Part shown: positions 11,615-21,884 of the stretch, in pieces | How positions within the stretch are numbered: the first letter of the stretch is position 1 | Layout: each line of letters starts with the position of its first letter | Assembly: GCA_965248695.1 (NCBI GenBank) | Contig: CBDFKD010000002.1 | Location: 5,408,001 to 5,472,000, forward strand | Source of the DNA: Acidobacteriota bacterium | GTDB lineage: Bacteria > Acidobacteriota > UBA890 > WLXD01 | DNA length: 64,000 nt | Reading direction: 5' to 3' | Notes under the pieces: generated by a model | Databases searched by the model: none | What the model was told of the DNA's origin: nothing | Seen by the model: the letters and a program-made list of their open reading frames with translations, nothing else | Position numbers and translations under genes: made by a program

Positions 11615-12405
11615 TTCTCGCGCCCTCCGAACCTCGGCGCCCGCTTGTCGCGAAGCGCGCGCAGCCCCTCTCCAACGTCGTCGCTCACGAACAGATCCTC
11701 CTGCACCTCGGTCTCGGCGGCCAGGCTGGCCTCGAGCGAGCCATCCAGTCCACGACGCAGCAGGTATTTCGCCTGACGCACCATCTCGCGGGCCGTCCCG
11801 CGCGAGGCGAGCTCGGTGGCGCGCTTACACACCTCGTCGGGGGCCACGACCTCGTGCACCAAGCCGAGCCGCAGCGCCTCGTCGCTACCCACGGCGCGGC
11901 CGCTGATCACCAAATCGAGGGCGCGCGAGTAGCCCACCAGCTGCGGCAGCCAGAAGCTCGCACCCCAATCCGGGGCCAGACCGATGTTGCCCCAGCTGGC
12001 GGCGAGGCGTGCCGTCTCGGACGCGACGCGCAGGTCACAATTGAGCACCAGCGCAAACCCGGCGCCGGCGGCCACGCCATTGATCGCCGCCACGGTCAAG
12101 CCGGGGAAGGCCTGCAGGGCGAGGACGCACTCCACGCCGGCATGAAGAATGTCGTGAAACCCCCGCTGATCCTGTGTGTCGCGAAGCTCGCCCATCACAT
12201 TGACATCACCACCGGCGCAAAACGCCTTGCCCTCGCCGGTAATCACGAGTGCGGCGATCTGCTCGTCACGCGCCGCCTCGACGATTCGATCGCGCAGTTG
12301 TTGGCGCATGTCGTACGCAAGCGCGTTCATCTTCTCCGCTCGCGACAGCGTGATCCGGGCTATCGCGCCGTCACGCTGCGATGTCACGAGGGTGCGTCCG
12401 TTCAC
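11611..12405 (-). CDS. Enoyl-CoA hydratase/isomerase (PaaG-like)
   Basis: AFCAGGDV, AAINGVAAGAG, GLAPDWG; GTG start overlaps the thiolase stop. Confidence 0.88.
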   Translation of the reverse strand: MNGRTLVTSQRDGAIARITLSRAEKMNALAYDMRQQLRDRIVEAARDEQIAALVITGEGKAFCAGGDVNVMGELRDTQDQRGFHDILHAGVECVLALQAFPGLTVAAINGVAAGAGFALVLNCDLRVASETARLAASWGNIGLAPDWGASFWLPQLVGYSRALDLVISGRAVGSDEALRLGLVHEVVAPDEVCKRATELASRGTAREMVRQAKYLLRRGLDGSLEASLAAETEVQEDLFVSDDVGEGLRALRDKRAPRFGGREK

Positions 12406-13610
12406 GCCGTCGCCCCCAGGCGCTCGACGAGCAGGCTGGTGCCCATGCCCCCCGACACACACAGCGTGGCTAGCCCGACGCGCTCGCCACGCCGTCGCAG
12501 ACCATGCAGCAGCGTCACCACGATGCGGGAGCCTGTGCATCCAATCGGATGTCCGAGCGAGATGGAGCCGCCGTCGCTGTTGAGCCGCTCTTGGTCAAAG
12601 CCCAACTCGCGATCGACCGCCAGCACCTGCGCCGCGAAGGCTTCGTTGAGCTCGACCCGATCGATATCGGTGAGGCTCATGTCCGTCCGTTCGAGCAGCT
12701 CGCGAACTGCAGGAACCGGTCCGATGCCCATCACGGCCGGATCGACCCCGGCCTGCGTCGCCGCCAGCAGGCGTCCTTCGGGGACGACGCCATGCTCCTC
12801 CGCCGCCCGGTCCGACATCAGCACCAGGGCAGCCGCACCGTCGGTAACCCCACTGCTGTTTCCGGGGTGAACCGTCCCGTCCTTCTTGAACACCGGTTTC
12901 AACCGCGCCAGGCTCCCCACGGTGACTGCATCGCGCGGATGCTCGTCGCGCGCGACAACTGTAGCGCCTCGTTGGCCGGGCACTTCCACGGCAGCGATCT
13001 CGGCGTCGAAGTGACCCGCGGCGCGTGCCGCCTGAGCGCGCTGCTGGCTTCGAGCTGCATACTCGTCCTGCTCGCCGCGCGAGATGTCGTAGCGCTCGGC
13101 CAGTCGTTCTGCGGTACGCCCCATGAGGTCGCCACAAAGCGGACACATGAAGCCATCCTTGAACTGGCCGTCAAGCAGCTCCGCGTGGCCGAGCCGGGCG
13201 CCCCAGCGGGCCGTCGGCAGCAGATACGGCGTATTGCTCATGCTCTCCATGCCGCCCGCCACGACAACGTCGGCGACGCCGAGGGTGATCGACTGCGCCG
13301 CCAGGATGATCGACTTCATGCCGGAGGCACACGCCTGATTGATCGTGAACGCAGGTGTCTCCACCGGAATACCACTGCCGACCGAGACCTGTCTGGCGGT
13401 ATTCGGTCCGCAGCCTGCCTGTCGCGCGTGCCCCATGATGACTTCGTCGACCGCAGCCGGGGGCACGGATGCGCGCTCCATCGCTGCCATCACCGCATGC
13501 GTGCCGAGATCCACGGCACTCAGCGGGCGAAGACCACCTCCGAACCCCCCGATCGGTGTGCGCACCGTGCCGGCCAGGAAAACCGGTCGTCCCTGACGCA
13601 GGTCAAGCAC
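12402..13610 (-). CDS. Acetyl-CoA C-acyltransferase (thiolase)
   Basis: NQACASG, GGMESMS, ELNEAFAAQ, GHPIGCTG, LCVSGG. Confidence 0.93.
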   Translation of the reverse strand: MLDLRQGRPVFLAGTVRTPIGGFGGGLRPLSAVDLGTHAVMAAMERASVPPAAVDEVIMGHARQAGCGPNTARQVSVGSGIPVETPAFTINQACASGMKSIILAAQSITLGVADVVVAGGMESMSNTPYLLPTARWGARLGHAELLDGQFKDGFMCPLCGDLMGRTAERLAERYDISRGEQDEYAARSQQRAQAARAAGHFDAEIAAVEVPGQRGATVVARDEHPRDAVTVGSLARLKPVFKKDGTVHPGNSSGVTDGAAALVLMSDRAAEEHGVVPEGRLLAATQAGVDPAVMGIGPVPAVRELLERTDMSLTDIDRVELNEAFAAQVLAVDRELGFDQERLNSDGGSISLGHPIGCTGSRIVVTLLHGLRRRGERVGLATLCVSGGMGTSLLVERLGATA

Positions 13611-13669
13611 GAGGTCTCTCGTGCGATCGGTCGGCGGCTCCCATGGATTCGTATCCCTACCGCTCGGGC

Positions 13670-14449
13670 TCAGCGACCCTGGAAGTCGGCGTCACGCCGC
13701 TCGGTATACGCCTTGACACCCTCTTGAGCGTCGGCCGAGCTGAAAAGCCGGTTCTGCAGCTCGCGCTCGAGTGCGAGTGCGGAGTCCAACGACATCTCCA
13801 TGCCCTCCTGCACCGCCAGCTTGATCAGGCCCTGCGCCATCGTCGCGCCTCCCGCCAGGGTCTTGGCGAAGGCAACCGCCTCGCCGAGCACGTCGTCGTC
13901 TACGACGCGGTTCACCAGGCCGATGCGCTCGGCGCCCTCGGCGTCGAGCAGGTCACCGGTAACCATCATCTCCAGCGCACGCCCTTTGCCGATGAGGCGC
14001 GGCAGTCGTTGCGAGCCTCCGGTCCCCGGAAGCACCCCGAGCTTCACCTCGGGAAGGCCGATCTTTCCCGCCGAGCGGCCCATGATCCGAATGTCGCACG
14101 CCAGGGCAATCTCCAGACCGCCGCCCACACAATGCCCGTTGATCGCCGCGATGATGACCTTCGGCGTGCGCTCCAACCCTTGCAACGTTTCATTGCAATG
14201 CAGGCAGAACATGGCCTTCGTCCGCGGGTCACTCGTTGCCAGCATGTTGATGTCGGCACCGGCAGAGAAGAACTTGCCACCGCCTCCGGTGAGCACCATG
14301 GCGCGCACGTCAGCATCGTGGCGCACGTCTTCGACAACCTCCGCCAGCTCGTGCATGAGGGTCGAGTTGTACGTATTACCAGGGTCGCGCGTCATCGTAG
14401 CGACGGCAACGCCATCTGCTTTTTCGAGGCTGAAAATCGACCAGGCCAT
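13670..14449 (-). CDS. Enoyl-CoA hydratase
   Basis: FSAGADI, GGGLEIALACD, LPEVKLGVLPGTGG (both catalytic Glu present). Confidence 0.92.
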   Translation of the reverse strand: MAWSIFSLEKADGVAVATMTRDPGNTYNSTLMHELAEVVEDVRHDADVRAMVLTGGGGKFFSAGADINMLATSDPRTKAMFCLHCNETLQGLERTPKVIIAAINGHCVGGGLEIALACDIRIMGRSAGKIGLPEVKLGVLPGTGGSQRLPRLIGKGRALEMMVTGDLLDAEGAERIGLVNRVVDDDVLGEAVAFAKTLAGGATMAQGLIKLAVQEGMEMSLDSALALERELQNRLFSSADAQEGVKAYTERRDADFQGR

Positions 14450-14755
14450 GGACCTACTCCCACGAGACGGTGAGGAGACGGACAGCTGACATCGAAGCGG
14501 CCCGGGGGGCGCGTAGGGCGGCGACGAGAGGCGGCGAAGGCACCCCGACAGGGTAGGTTGACACTACCACCGGCCTCGGGGGCCGGCAAACGCGTTGAAA
14601 ACGGGCAACGGCCCGAAAATGCTACAGTTACCAGCGATCTGCACGTCGCCGCACGGTTCACCGCGCGGCGCATTTTCAGGTGGCGTGACGCGGCGAATTA
14701 GGGTGGCAAACGCCCGGTCCGGCGGGGCGTTCAGGGTCGCGAGCGGAGGAACGAG

Positions 14756-15055
14756 ATGCGCGTCAAGGTTGTACGTACACCGGGCGAGCTTCGTGACGAG
14801 ATCGGTCACAAGATCATGGTGTGCAAGGACTGGATCGGTACGGTTCAGCGTGAGCTCAGCGACAAGGAGCTATCGGAGGCAGGGTTCCACCCGAAGCGCA
14901 GCGAGCGCGTCTACGAGGTGCTGTTCGACAAGTGGGGGCAAGCGGTCGCGATACCGGCCGTCAACCTTGTCGAGGTCGACGACAACGATGAGCTGCTGGA
15001 GCTCGACGACGAAAACGACAGTATCGTTCTCGACCTCAAGAGCCGCCAGCGGTGA
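14756..15055 (+). CDS. Hypothetical 99-aa protein with acidic C-terminus
   Basis: RBS GGAGGA; protein-like composition and GC3-biased codons. Confidence 0.65.
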   Translation: MRVKVVRTPGELRDEIGHKIMVCKDWIGTVQRELSDKELSEAGFHPKRSERVYEVLFDKWGQAVAIPAVNLVEVDDNDELLELDDENDSIVLDLKSRQR

Positions 15056-16172
15056 TGCGCGCGTGCTCGCGGACGACAAAACGGTCCGTCATTCCCGCCA
15101 CGTAGTCGCCGATTGCGACGCGAGTGCCGACGCGCTCCGCCCTCAACCGATGACGCTCGGGAAGCTGCCCTGGATCGTCCATGTAGGCGCGGAATAGCTG
15201 CTCGATGGTCAGGCGGGCGCTTTCCATCTGCTCATGTACCAGGGGACTCTGGTACAGGCGGTGCGACAACATCTGACCAAGCTCGGCGATGTCCGCGCTG
15301 ACTTGCTCGGAGTGACAGGCCAGGTTTGTCGCCTGGGCACGGACGTCTTCTAGATAGCGTACGCCGCTGGCCATGGTTGCTTCGCGCGTGCTCTCGATCA
15401 GGTCCGTAACCAGCGTGTCCACCATCCGTCGGATGGTCTCGTTGAACAGCTCGCGCTCCGTCGCACCGGGGATCTCGGCGCTCGTCTGCTGGTAGGTCCG
15501 TCCAAAGAGCGGCGCTTCGGCGACGAGGTCAACGATCGTCAGCACGTGCGCCTCGACCCCGTCGTCGATGTCGTGCACGTTGTACGCTAGGTCATCCACG
15601 AGATCGATGATCTGTGCTTCCAGCGGCGGCCGCTCGTGAGGCCTGAACTCGCGCAGCTCATCGCCGCCAAGGTGCTCATAGCGCGCCGAGTGCTTGGCGA
15701 TTCCCTCACGTACTTCGTACGTCAGGTTGAGGCCTCGAAAGCCGGGGTACCTCTCTTCGAGCTCGACCACTGTCCGCAGCGTATGGCGGTTGTGTTCGAA
15801 GCCACCGCTGCCGCGCATCATGTCGTCCAGCACGCTCTCGCCGACGTGTCCGAACGGCGGATGGCCGAGATCATGAGCCAACGCGATCGCCTCGCTCAGG
15901 GAGCTGTTGAGTCCCAATACCCGCGCAGCCGTGCGAGCCAGCTGAGCTACCTCGATGGTGTGGGTCAGCCGAGTGCGGAAATGGTCGCCGTGATGGTTGG
16001 GGAAGACCTGCGTCTTGTACTCCAGACGTCGAAACGCACGCGAGTGGATGATTCGATCGCGGTCGCGCTCGAAAGCATCCCGGTAGGCGTGCTCCGGCTC
16101 CGGGTAGCTGCGACCGCGCGATTCTTCTGACCGCATTGCGTACGACTGCAGTCCGCGGTGCGTGCTCGACAT
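15036..16172 (-). CDS. dgt: dGTP triphosphohydrolase (HD domain)
   Basis: RDRDRIIHSRAFRRLEYKTQVF, RTRLTH, HDLGHPPFGH, FEHN, YVAGMTDRF. Confidence 0.93.
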   Translation of the reverse strand: MSSTHRGLQSYAMRSEESRGRSYPEPEHAYRDAFERDRDRIIHSRAFRRLEYKTQVFPNHHGDHFRTRLTHTIEVAQLARTAARVLGLNSSLSEAIALAHDLGHPPFGHVGESVLDDMMRGSGGFEHNRHTLRTVVELEERYPGFRGLNLTYEVREGIAKHSARYEHLGGDELREFRPHERPPLEAQIIDLVDDLAYNVHDIDDGVEAHVLTIVDLVAEAPLFGRTYQQTSAEIPGATERELFNETIRRMVDTLVTDLIESTREATMASGVRYLEDVRAQATNLACHSEQVSADIAELGQMLSHRLYQSPLVHEQMESARLTIEQLFRAYMDDPGQLPERHRLRAERVGTRVAIGDYVAGMTDRFVVREHARITAGGS

Positions 16173-16364
16173 TGGACTCGACCTCGTCGACGGAGACGGG
16201 GCAACGGTAGTTAGGGGCGCCGCCACGAGCAAGCCGGCGTACGCACCTCGAGTAGGTGTCTCGACGCAACGGGTTATGATCGCGGCGCTCTCGACCTACA
16301 GACCTTCTTTCGCGATCCGAACCACCAACTTCATCCACCGCCGGCAGGTGAGGGAGAGGCACCG

Positions 16365-17717
16365 GTGTCTGAGCGAGCAACCGAAACGTTGGTCCTGATC
16401 AACAGCTACCTCTGGGGCCCACCGATGCTGTTGCTGCTGGTGGGCACCGGAATCTACCTGACCGTGGTGCTGGGTGGGATCCAGTTCCGTATGCTCGGCC
16501 ACGCGCTCCATCTTGCGCTCGTCAAGCGCCAGGAGGACGACGACGCCGAGGGCGACATCTCCCACTTTCAGGCGTTGATGACGGCGCTTGCGGCCACCGT
16601 CGGTACCGGCAACATCGCCGGCGTGGCTACCGCGATCGCCGCTGGTGGTCCAGGGGCGCTGTTCTGGATGTGGGTCACCGGCCTGTTCGGGATGGCAACC
16701 AAGTACGCCGAAGCCCTGCTGGCGGTGAAGTACCGGACCACCGACGAACGCGGTCAGATGAGCGGCGGCCCGATGTACTACCTGCGTGACGGTCTTGGGA
16801 GCGCCTTCCTCGGTAGCGCCTTCGCGCTGTTGACCGCCCTGGCGGCCTTCGGCATCGGCAACATGGTGCAAAGCAACTCTGTCGCCACAGCGATGGAAAG
16901 TTACTTCGGCTGGCCTACCTGGATCACCGGCCTGCTCATCGCGGTGGCGACCGGAACCGTGATCCTCGGCGGCATCCGCGGCATCGCGCGGGTCACTCAG
17001 GTGCTGGTTCCAGCCATGATCCTGCTCTACGTCGGCGCCGCCCTCGTGGTCATCGTCACCCGGCTGGATCAGATTCCGTCGGTCTTTGCCCTGGTGGTCG
17101 GCCACGCCTTCTCGCCGACTGCCGCCGCCGGCGGCTTTCTGGGCGCCACCGTCGCGCAATCGATGCGATACGGCATCGGCCGCGGAGTTTTCTCAAACGA
17201 GTCCGGGCTCGGCTCCGCAGCAATCGCGGCGGCGGCGGCGCGGACACGACATCCGGTAACCCAGGCGCTCGTCTCGATGACCCAGACGTTCATCGACACC
17301 ATCGTCGTGTGCTCGATGACCGGATTCGTCATTCTGTCCACCGGCGTCTGGGATTCCGGCGTCGATGGCGCTCCCCTTTCGGTCGACGCGTTCAACGCCG
17401 GGCTACCCGGCGCTGCCGGTGGTGTGGTGGTTCCGCTGGCCCTGGTCTTCTTCGCCTACTCGACAATCCTCGGTTGGTCGTACTACGGCGAGCGCTCGAT
17501 CGAGTATCTGTTCGGCCAGCGCCTGGTTACCCCGTATCGCGCCGTGTTCACGGTGATGGTGTTCGTCGGTGCGATAGGACGGGTCGACTTCGTCTGGCAG
17601 CTCGCGGACGCGCTGAACGCAGCGATGGCCGTCCCGAACTTGATCGGCCTGATCGGCCTGGCCTCCGTCTGCCGCCAGGAGACGCGCGACTACCTGGCGG
17701 GATTGGTAAAGGGCTAG
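16365..17717 (+). CDS. Alanine/glycine:cation symporter (AGCS family)
   Basis: [50 protein letters not shown]. Confidence 0.93.
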   Translation: MSERATETLVLINSYLWGPPMLLLLVGTGIYLTVVLGGIQFRMLGHALHLALVKRQEDDDAEGDISHFQALMTALAATVGTGNIAGVATAIAAGGPGALFWMWVTGLFGMATKYAEALLAVKYRTTDERGQMSGGPMYYLRDGLGSAFLGSAFALLTALAAFGIGNMVQSNSVATAMESYFGWPTWITGLLIAVATGTVILGGIRGIARVTQVLVPAMILLYVGAALVVIVTRLDQIPSVFALVVGHAFSPTAAAGGFLGATVAQSMRYGIGRGVFSNESGLGSAAIAAAAARTRHPVTQALVSMTQTFIDTIVVCSMTGFVILSTGVWDSGVDGAPLSVDAFNAGLPGAAGGVVVPLALVFFAYSTILGWSYYGERSIEYLFGQRLVTPYRAVFTVMVFVGAIGRVDFVWQLADALNAAMAVPNLIGLIGLASVCRQETRDYLAGLVKG

Positions 17718-17865
17718 TGGCGTGCCGGCAGAACTGGGTGCGGAGGTCGGAGATTTGACCTGCAGTTCCTATGCCAGGTATCGTGGAGAGGTCCTCTGGC
17801 TAGTCTCCGTTAGCGAATCCCCTTACCCCGAATGGGGTGGGTCCCCTAGACAAAGGGGTTCGACG

Positions 17866-20088
17866 ATGCGGAACCGTGCATACGCCTCCTTGGCCGGAGT
17901 GTTTCTGTCCGCGCTGGCCCTCTCGGTGCCGGCATTCGCGCAGACGGCCGACGATCCGATTCCGGCACGCGTGCGCTATTTCGAGGGAACCGTCACCGTC
18001 CAGCGAGCCCACGCTGCCGAGACCTCCGCGGCGTTAGTGAACCTGCCTCTGGACGCCGGCGACCGAATTTGGACCGACGGACAGGGGCGCGTCGAGCTCA
18101 CCTTCGGCGACGGCACGACGGTGTGGCTGGACCACCTGACGACGGTCGACGTCGTAGCCTTGCCACGCGCCGACGGCGCCACGATCCTACGCTTGTGGGG
18201 CGGCTCATTGATCGCCGAACGTCCGGGCGTCTACGAGCGCACGGAGCAGACCCTGCGCGTCGACACCGCCGAAGCGGGCATCGTCCTCCGACCACAGGGC
18301 TCCTACCGCATCGACCTCGACGACGAGCATCGCGTCTGGTTGTCGGTGTACGACGGCACCGCGACGATGACCGCCGGCGAGCTCACCGAGATCGTCGCCG
18401 CCGGCGAGACTACCTACGTCGAGCCCGGAACAGCCCCCGCCGAGGTGGCCGATTTCAACACCGCGGACAACGACGATTTCTCCAACTGGCAGATCGAGCG
18501 CTGGGTGGCCATGGCCGAGACCCAGAACCATGTTCGCAACCGCGACTATGTGCCCGAAGCCGCGCGTCCATACGCAGCTGATCTGGAGGGCAACGGCGAC
18601 TGGGTCTACTACGACGACTTCTCCTCCTACGCTTGGCGCCCCTCCGTCGACGTCGGCTGGGCCCCCTATCGTAACGGGCGATGGGTTTACTCCTACGCCG
18701 GGTGGACCTGGGTACCGTACGCCTCTTGGGGCTGGGCGACCGTCCACTACGGTCGCTGGCATCAAACGCCCTACTACGGCTGGATGTGGTTCCCGGGGAG
18801 TGTGTACTCGCCCGGCTGGGTGAGCTGGTATGCCGGTAGTGGCTATCTCGGATGGTCGCCCCTCGGCTACTACAATCGCCCGTTCCTGTCGGTGAACCTC
18901 TTCTTCGGCGGGCACTACGGCTACGGGCACGGGTACCACGGCGGCCGCAACTACGACTACGCCGTGCGACGGGGTGGCAAGGCGGTCGCCGGACAGGGGT
19001 ACGCCCGTAATCTCGACGGCGACCGTGGCTGGACGTTCGTCGATGCGGATCACTTCGGGACCGGCAAGACCGAGCTGCGCGCCACCTCTCGGACTGCCAT
19101 ACCGCGCCAGGGAACCGGGAACGCGGTGAGCTTCGAAGGCAAGCTCCGTCCTCGCAGGCCGGGGACTCTGGCGAACATTTCCGGCTCCGGCCGGAGCGCG
19201 GTGGCACGATCGGGCATCGCCCAGGGCACCGGCGCTCGCTCGACGACGGATCGTGGCATCGGTGTGCGCCCCACGCATCCGAGTCGCGGAGCTGCGGAGA
19301 GCGTCGGCGGGGCCGCTTCGCGCGGCGCTATACCGGGCGCAGCGGGAGATAGAGCCAAGGTGAGCCCACGTTCAGGACGCAGCGCACCATCCACGGCTAG
19401 AGAAGCACGGCCGCGAAGCGGCAGTGGCGAGACCGCTCGTCCGAGAGCGACGCCACGGGCTGGTAGCGGGTCGAGATCCGACAGTCGAGCTGGCGCCCGG
19501 CCGCGCTCCGGCTCTCCGTCGCGTGGATCATCGAAACCGCGAGCAGGATCGGCGCGGCGACCGCGCTCCGGTTCCGCAGGTCGGCCGCCGCGAACAGCAA
19601 CCTCCGGCGCGTCCGCGTCAGCCGGGCTGTCCCGTGCAGCCGGGCTGCCGACGCGCGCCAATCTGAGCGGGGCGCCCGCAGGCGTGAGACCGGAGAGCCC
19701 GGTCTCGCGTGGCGCGATCAGCCGGTATGCGCCGCGCACCAGCCAGTACCAACCGCAGACTCGCGCCTATCAGCCGCAAACGCGCGCCTACCAGCCGAAC
19801 ACCAACCGCTACCAGGCAAGCCCGCGATACTCGCCTTCGCGTCCATCGGCCACAAGATACTCACCATCGATCCAACCGCGCAGTGCTGTCGGCTCCCGCT
19901 CGGCGCCAGCGATGCCACGGTCGTTCTCGGCGCCGCGCTCGTTCTTGGCGCCACGCTCGGTCGGAGCGCCGCGAGGGTCAGCGGGCCGTCGCGGGGGCGT
20001 CATGTCCGGGCGGTCGTCGGCACCATCGCGCGGCTCGATGGGCAGATCGTCAGGACGAACGGCGACTCGGCGATCTGGGAGACGCTAG
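17866..20088 (+). CDS. Secreted FecR-like/DUF6600 protein with long low-complexity Arg/Ser/Pro/Gly tail
   Basis: Signal peptide; NLPLDAGDRIWT FecR-like region; WAPYRNGRW..GWTWV..WGWATVHYGRW aromatic repeats. Confidence 0.8.
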   Translation: MRNRAYASLAGVFLSALALSVPAFAQTADDPIPARVRYFEGTVTVQRAHAAETSAALVNLPLDAGDRIWTDGQGRVELTFGDGTTVWLDHLTTVDVVALPRADGATILRLWGGSLIAERPGVYERTEQTLRVDTAEAGIVLRPQGSYRIDLDDEHRVWLSVYDGTATMTAGELTEIVAAGETTYVEPGTAPAEVADFNTADNDDFSNWQIERWVAMAETQNHVRNRDYVPEAARPYAADLEGNGDWVYYDDFSSYAWRPSVDVGWAPYRNGRWVYSYAGWTWVPYASWGWATVHYGRWHQTPYYGWMWFPGSVYSPGWVSWYAGSGYLGWSPLGYYNRPFLSVNLFFGGHYGYGHGYHGGRNYDYAVRRGGKAVAGQGYARNLDGDRGWTFVDADHFGTGKTELRATSRTAIPRQGTGNAVSFEGKLRPRRPGTLANISGSGRSAVARSGIAQGTGARSTTDRGIGVRPTHPSRGAAESVGGAASRGAIPGAAGDRAKVSPRSGRSAPSTAREARPRSGSGETARPRATPRAGSGSRSDSRAGARPRSGSPSRGSSKPRAGSARRPRSGSAGRPPRTATSGASASAGLSRAAGLPTRANLSGAPAGVRPESPVSRGAISRYAPRTSQYQPQTRAYQPQTRAYQPNTNRYQASPRYSPSRPSATRYSPSIQPRSAVGSRSAPAMPRSFSAPRSFLAPRSVGAPRGSAGRRGGVMSGRSSAPSRGSMGRSSGRTATRRSGRR

Positions 20089-20103
20089 CGTCACGGCCCG
20101 CCA

Positions 20104-20478
20104 CTAGTTGAGCGACGGCCAACCTGCGTCGGACGCATCGATCGAAACCCGGTCCTTGAACGACTCCCAGGTGAAATGGCGATGCGATATCTCTGCTTCG
20201 TCGGGCGCCCAGCACCACAGCACGTTGGGGTCCGGCGTGCGGAAGTCAACTGTGAAGATGCCCTTCGGCTGCGCGCCCATCTCCAGGATAACGCGCGCCC
20301 ACTCGTCGAGAACAAGTCGGGTCTCGGCGTCGACCTCGTCGGCCGCCGACGGATCGGCCTTGTGCTCGTCGCGTAGCTCCCGCATACGCCGCCGCGTTGT
20401 TGCCGTCACCTGATTCACCAGTCGAAGCGCTCGGTTGGCCTCGTCGAGTGTGAAGATGCGAAAACGATGCTGTGACAC
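20104..20478 (-). CDS. DUF2203-family protein
   Basis: IFTLDEAN, VDF, LWCW..E..I.H.H..E pattern; GTG start at 20478. Confidence 0.7.
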   Translation of the reverse strand: MSQHRFRIFTLDEANRALRLVNQVTATTRRRMRELRDEHKADPSAADEVDAETRLVLDEWARVILEMGAQPKGIFTVDFRTPDPNVLWCWAPDEAEISHRHFTWESFKDRVSIDASDAGWPSLN

Positions 20479-20548
20479 GAGTTCCTGCCCCCTTTTGCGC
20501 CGCACGGTAGCATGGCAGCAGCTTGTCGACGAAACTCGTCCGGGCATC

Positions 20549-20577
20549 TTGCCTATGGGTGGGTCCCCGGCTATGAT
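20549..20577 (+). promoter_or_regulatory. Sigma70-type promoter
   Basis: TTGCCT (20549-20554), 17-nt spacer, TATGAT (20572-20577). Confidence 0.6.
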
Positions 20578-20583
20578 TCCGAG

Positions 20584-20775
20584 TGCCCCAGCCGCTAAGG
20601 GCGGGAGGGTCAGCCCCCCCCACCCCCGACCCCCGCCCTTTGAAGGGATTCCGGGTACCACCCACAGCCCACCCCACCGGAATCCCTCTGCGCTGAAACC
20701 GGTGCGGCGGCCAAAATGGCCGCCGCACCGGATTGAAACTCGGAGAAAGCCGGGCTCGCCCCGGCTTTCTCTATG
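20584..20775 (+). ncRNA. Putative structured small RNA or leader with four hairpins and C-rich loops
   Basis: Stems at 20597-20640, 20644-20687, 20699-20731 (15 bp perfect) and 20743-20771, directly after a promoter. Confidence 0.5.
20743..20775 (+). terminator. Intrinsic terminator-like hairpin
   Basis: GAGAAAGCCGGG-CTCGC-CCCGGCTTTCTC followed by TATGT. Confidence 0.55.
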
Positions 20776-20813
20776 TCCGGATACCGCTACCGGCGGACCT
20801 CAGGAGCAAACGT

Positions 20814-21812
20814 GTGACCTCGGCGGTATCGCGAATCTTCTCGGGTATCCAGCCCACGGGCGAGCTCCACCTGGGCAACTACTTCGGCGCGGTGCGCAAT
20901 TGGGTGCGGCTGCAGGAGGAATACGCCCAGACCATCTACTGCGTCGTCGACTACCACGCCATTACCCATGAGATCGACGCCCGGGGCCTGCCCGAGCGCT
21001 CCCTGCGTCTGGCCGGCGACCTTATCGCCTGTGGCATCGATCCCGAGCGCTCGATCCTGTTCGTGCAATCACACGTACCGGAGCACACCGAGCTCGCGTG
21101 GGTCTTCAGTGCGTTCGCTGCGCATGGCGACCTGAGCCGGATGACCCAGTTCAAGGACAAGTCCGAGCGCAGCGGCTACGTCAACGCCGGATTGTTCACC
21201 TACCCGGTCCTGCAGGCGGCCGACATCCTCTTGTATCGCTCCGACGGCGTCCCGGTCGGCGATGACCAATCCCAGCATCTCGAGCTCACGCGCGGTATCG
21301 CGCATCGGTTCAATCAGACCGTCGGTACCGACTTCTTCCCGGACGTCCAGACGCTTCTTACCTCCGGAAGCCGGATCATGTCGCTCGCCGACCCGTCGCG
21401 GAAGATGAGCAAGAGCCTCGGCGAAAAGCACTACATAGGGGTAATGGAGTCACCGGAGTCCGCCACCAAGAAGATCCGCTCCGCGGTCACAGACAGCGGC
21501 GACGCAACGAGCGACGAGCTCAGCCCCGGCGTCGCCAACCTGATCGGCATCTTGAGGCTGCTGGAGGCAGATGCGATCGCCGACGAGATGGCCGGCGCCG
21601 CGCAGGCCGGTGAGCTGATGTACGGCGAGCTCAAGGCCGCCGTCGCGGACCATCTGACCGCCGCGCTGGAACCGACGCGCGCGCGCCGCGCAGAGCTCGA
21701 CGATGCCGACATCGCCGCCACCTTGAAGACCGGCGCCGACCGCGCCCGAGAGATCGCCGCCGAGACGATGAGCCATGTCCGGCGGCTGATCGGTGTTGGC
21801 GCGGCTCGCTGA
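20814..21812 (+). CDS. trpS: Tryptophan--tRNA ligase
   Basis: FSGIQPTG, HLGN, YPVLQAADIL, VPVGDDQ, KMSKS; RBS AGGAG before GTG 20814. Confidence 0.96.
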   Translation: MTSAVSRIFSGIQPTGELHLGNYFGAVRNWVRLQEEYAQTIYCVVDYHAITHEIDARGLPERSLRLAGDLIACGIDPERSILFVQSHVPEHTELAWVFSAFAAHGDLSRMTQFKDKSERSGYVNAGLFTYPVLQAADILLYRSDGVPVGDDQSQHLELTRGIAHRFNQTVGTDFFPDVQTLLTSGSRIMSLADPSRKMSKSLGEKHYIGVMESPESATKKIRSAVTDSGDATSDELSPGVANLIGILRLLEADAIADEMAGAAQAGELMYGELKAAVADHLTAALEPTRARRAELDDADIAATLKTGADRAREIAAETMSHVRRLIGVGAAR

Positions 21813-21884
21813 GCCAGCGTCATATCTCCAGGGCTTCCCGGGGCCGAGGGAAAGGGATCGAGCAAGCTGTCCTTTCCTGTCCCG

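Noticed and set aside
16235-16364. Glycine riboswitch before the AGCS symporter
   Set aside because: The conserved GCCGAAG and CTCTCAGG elements were not found.
20653-20665. T-box-like GGGTGGTACC upstream of trpS
   Set aside because: It is on the minus strand, opposite to trpS, and no stem I or specifier loop is visible.
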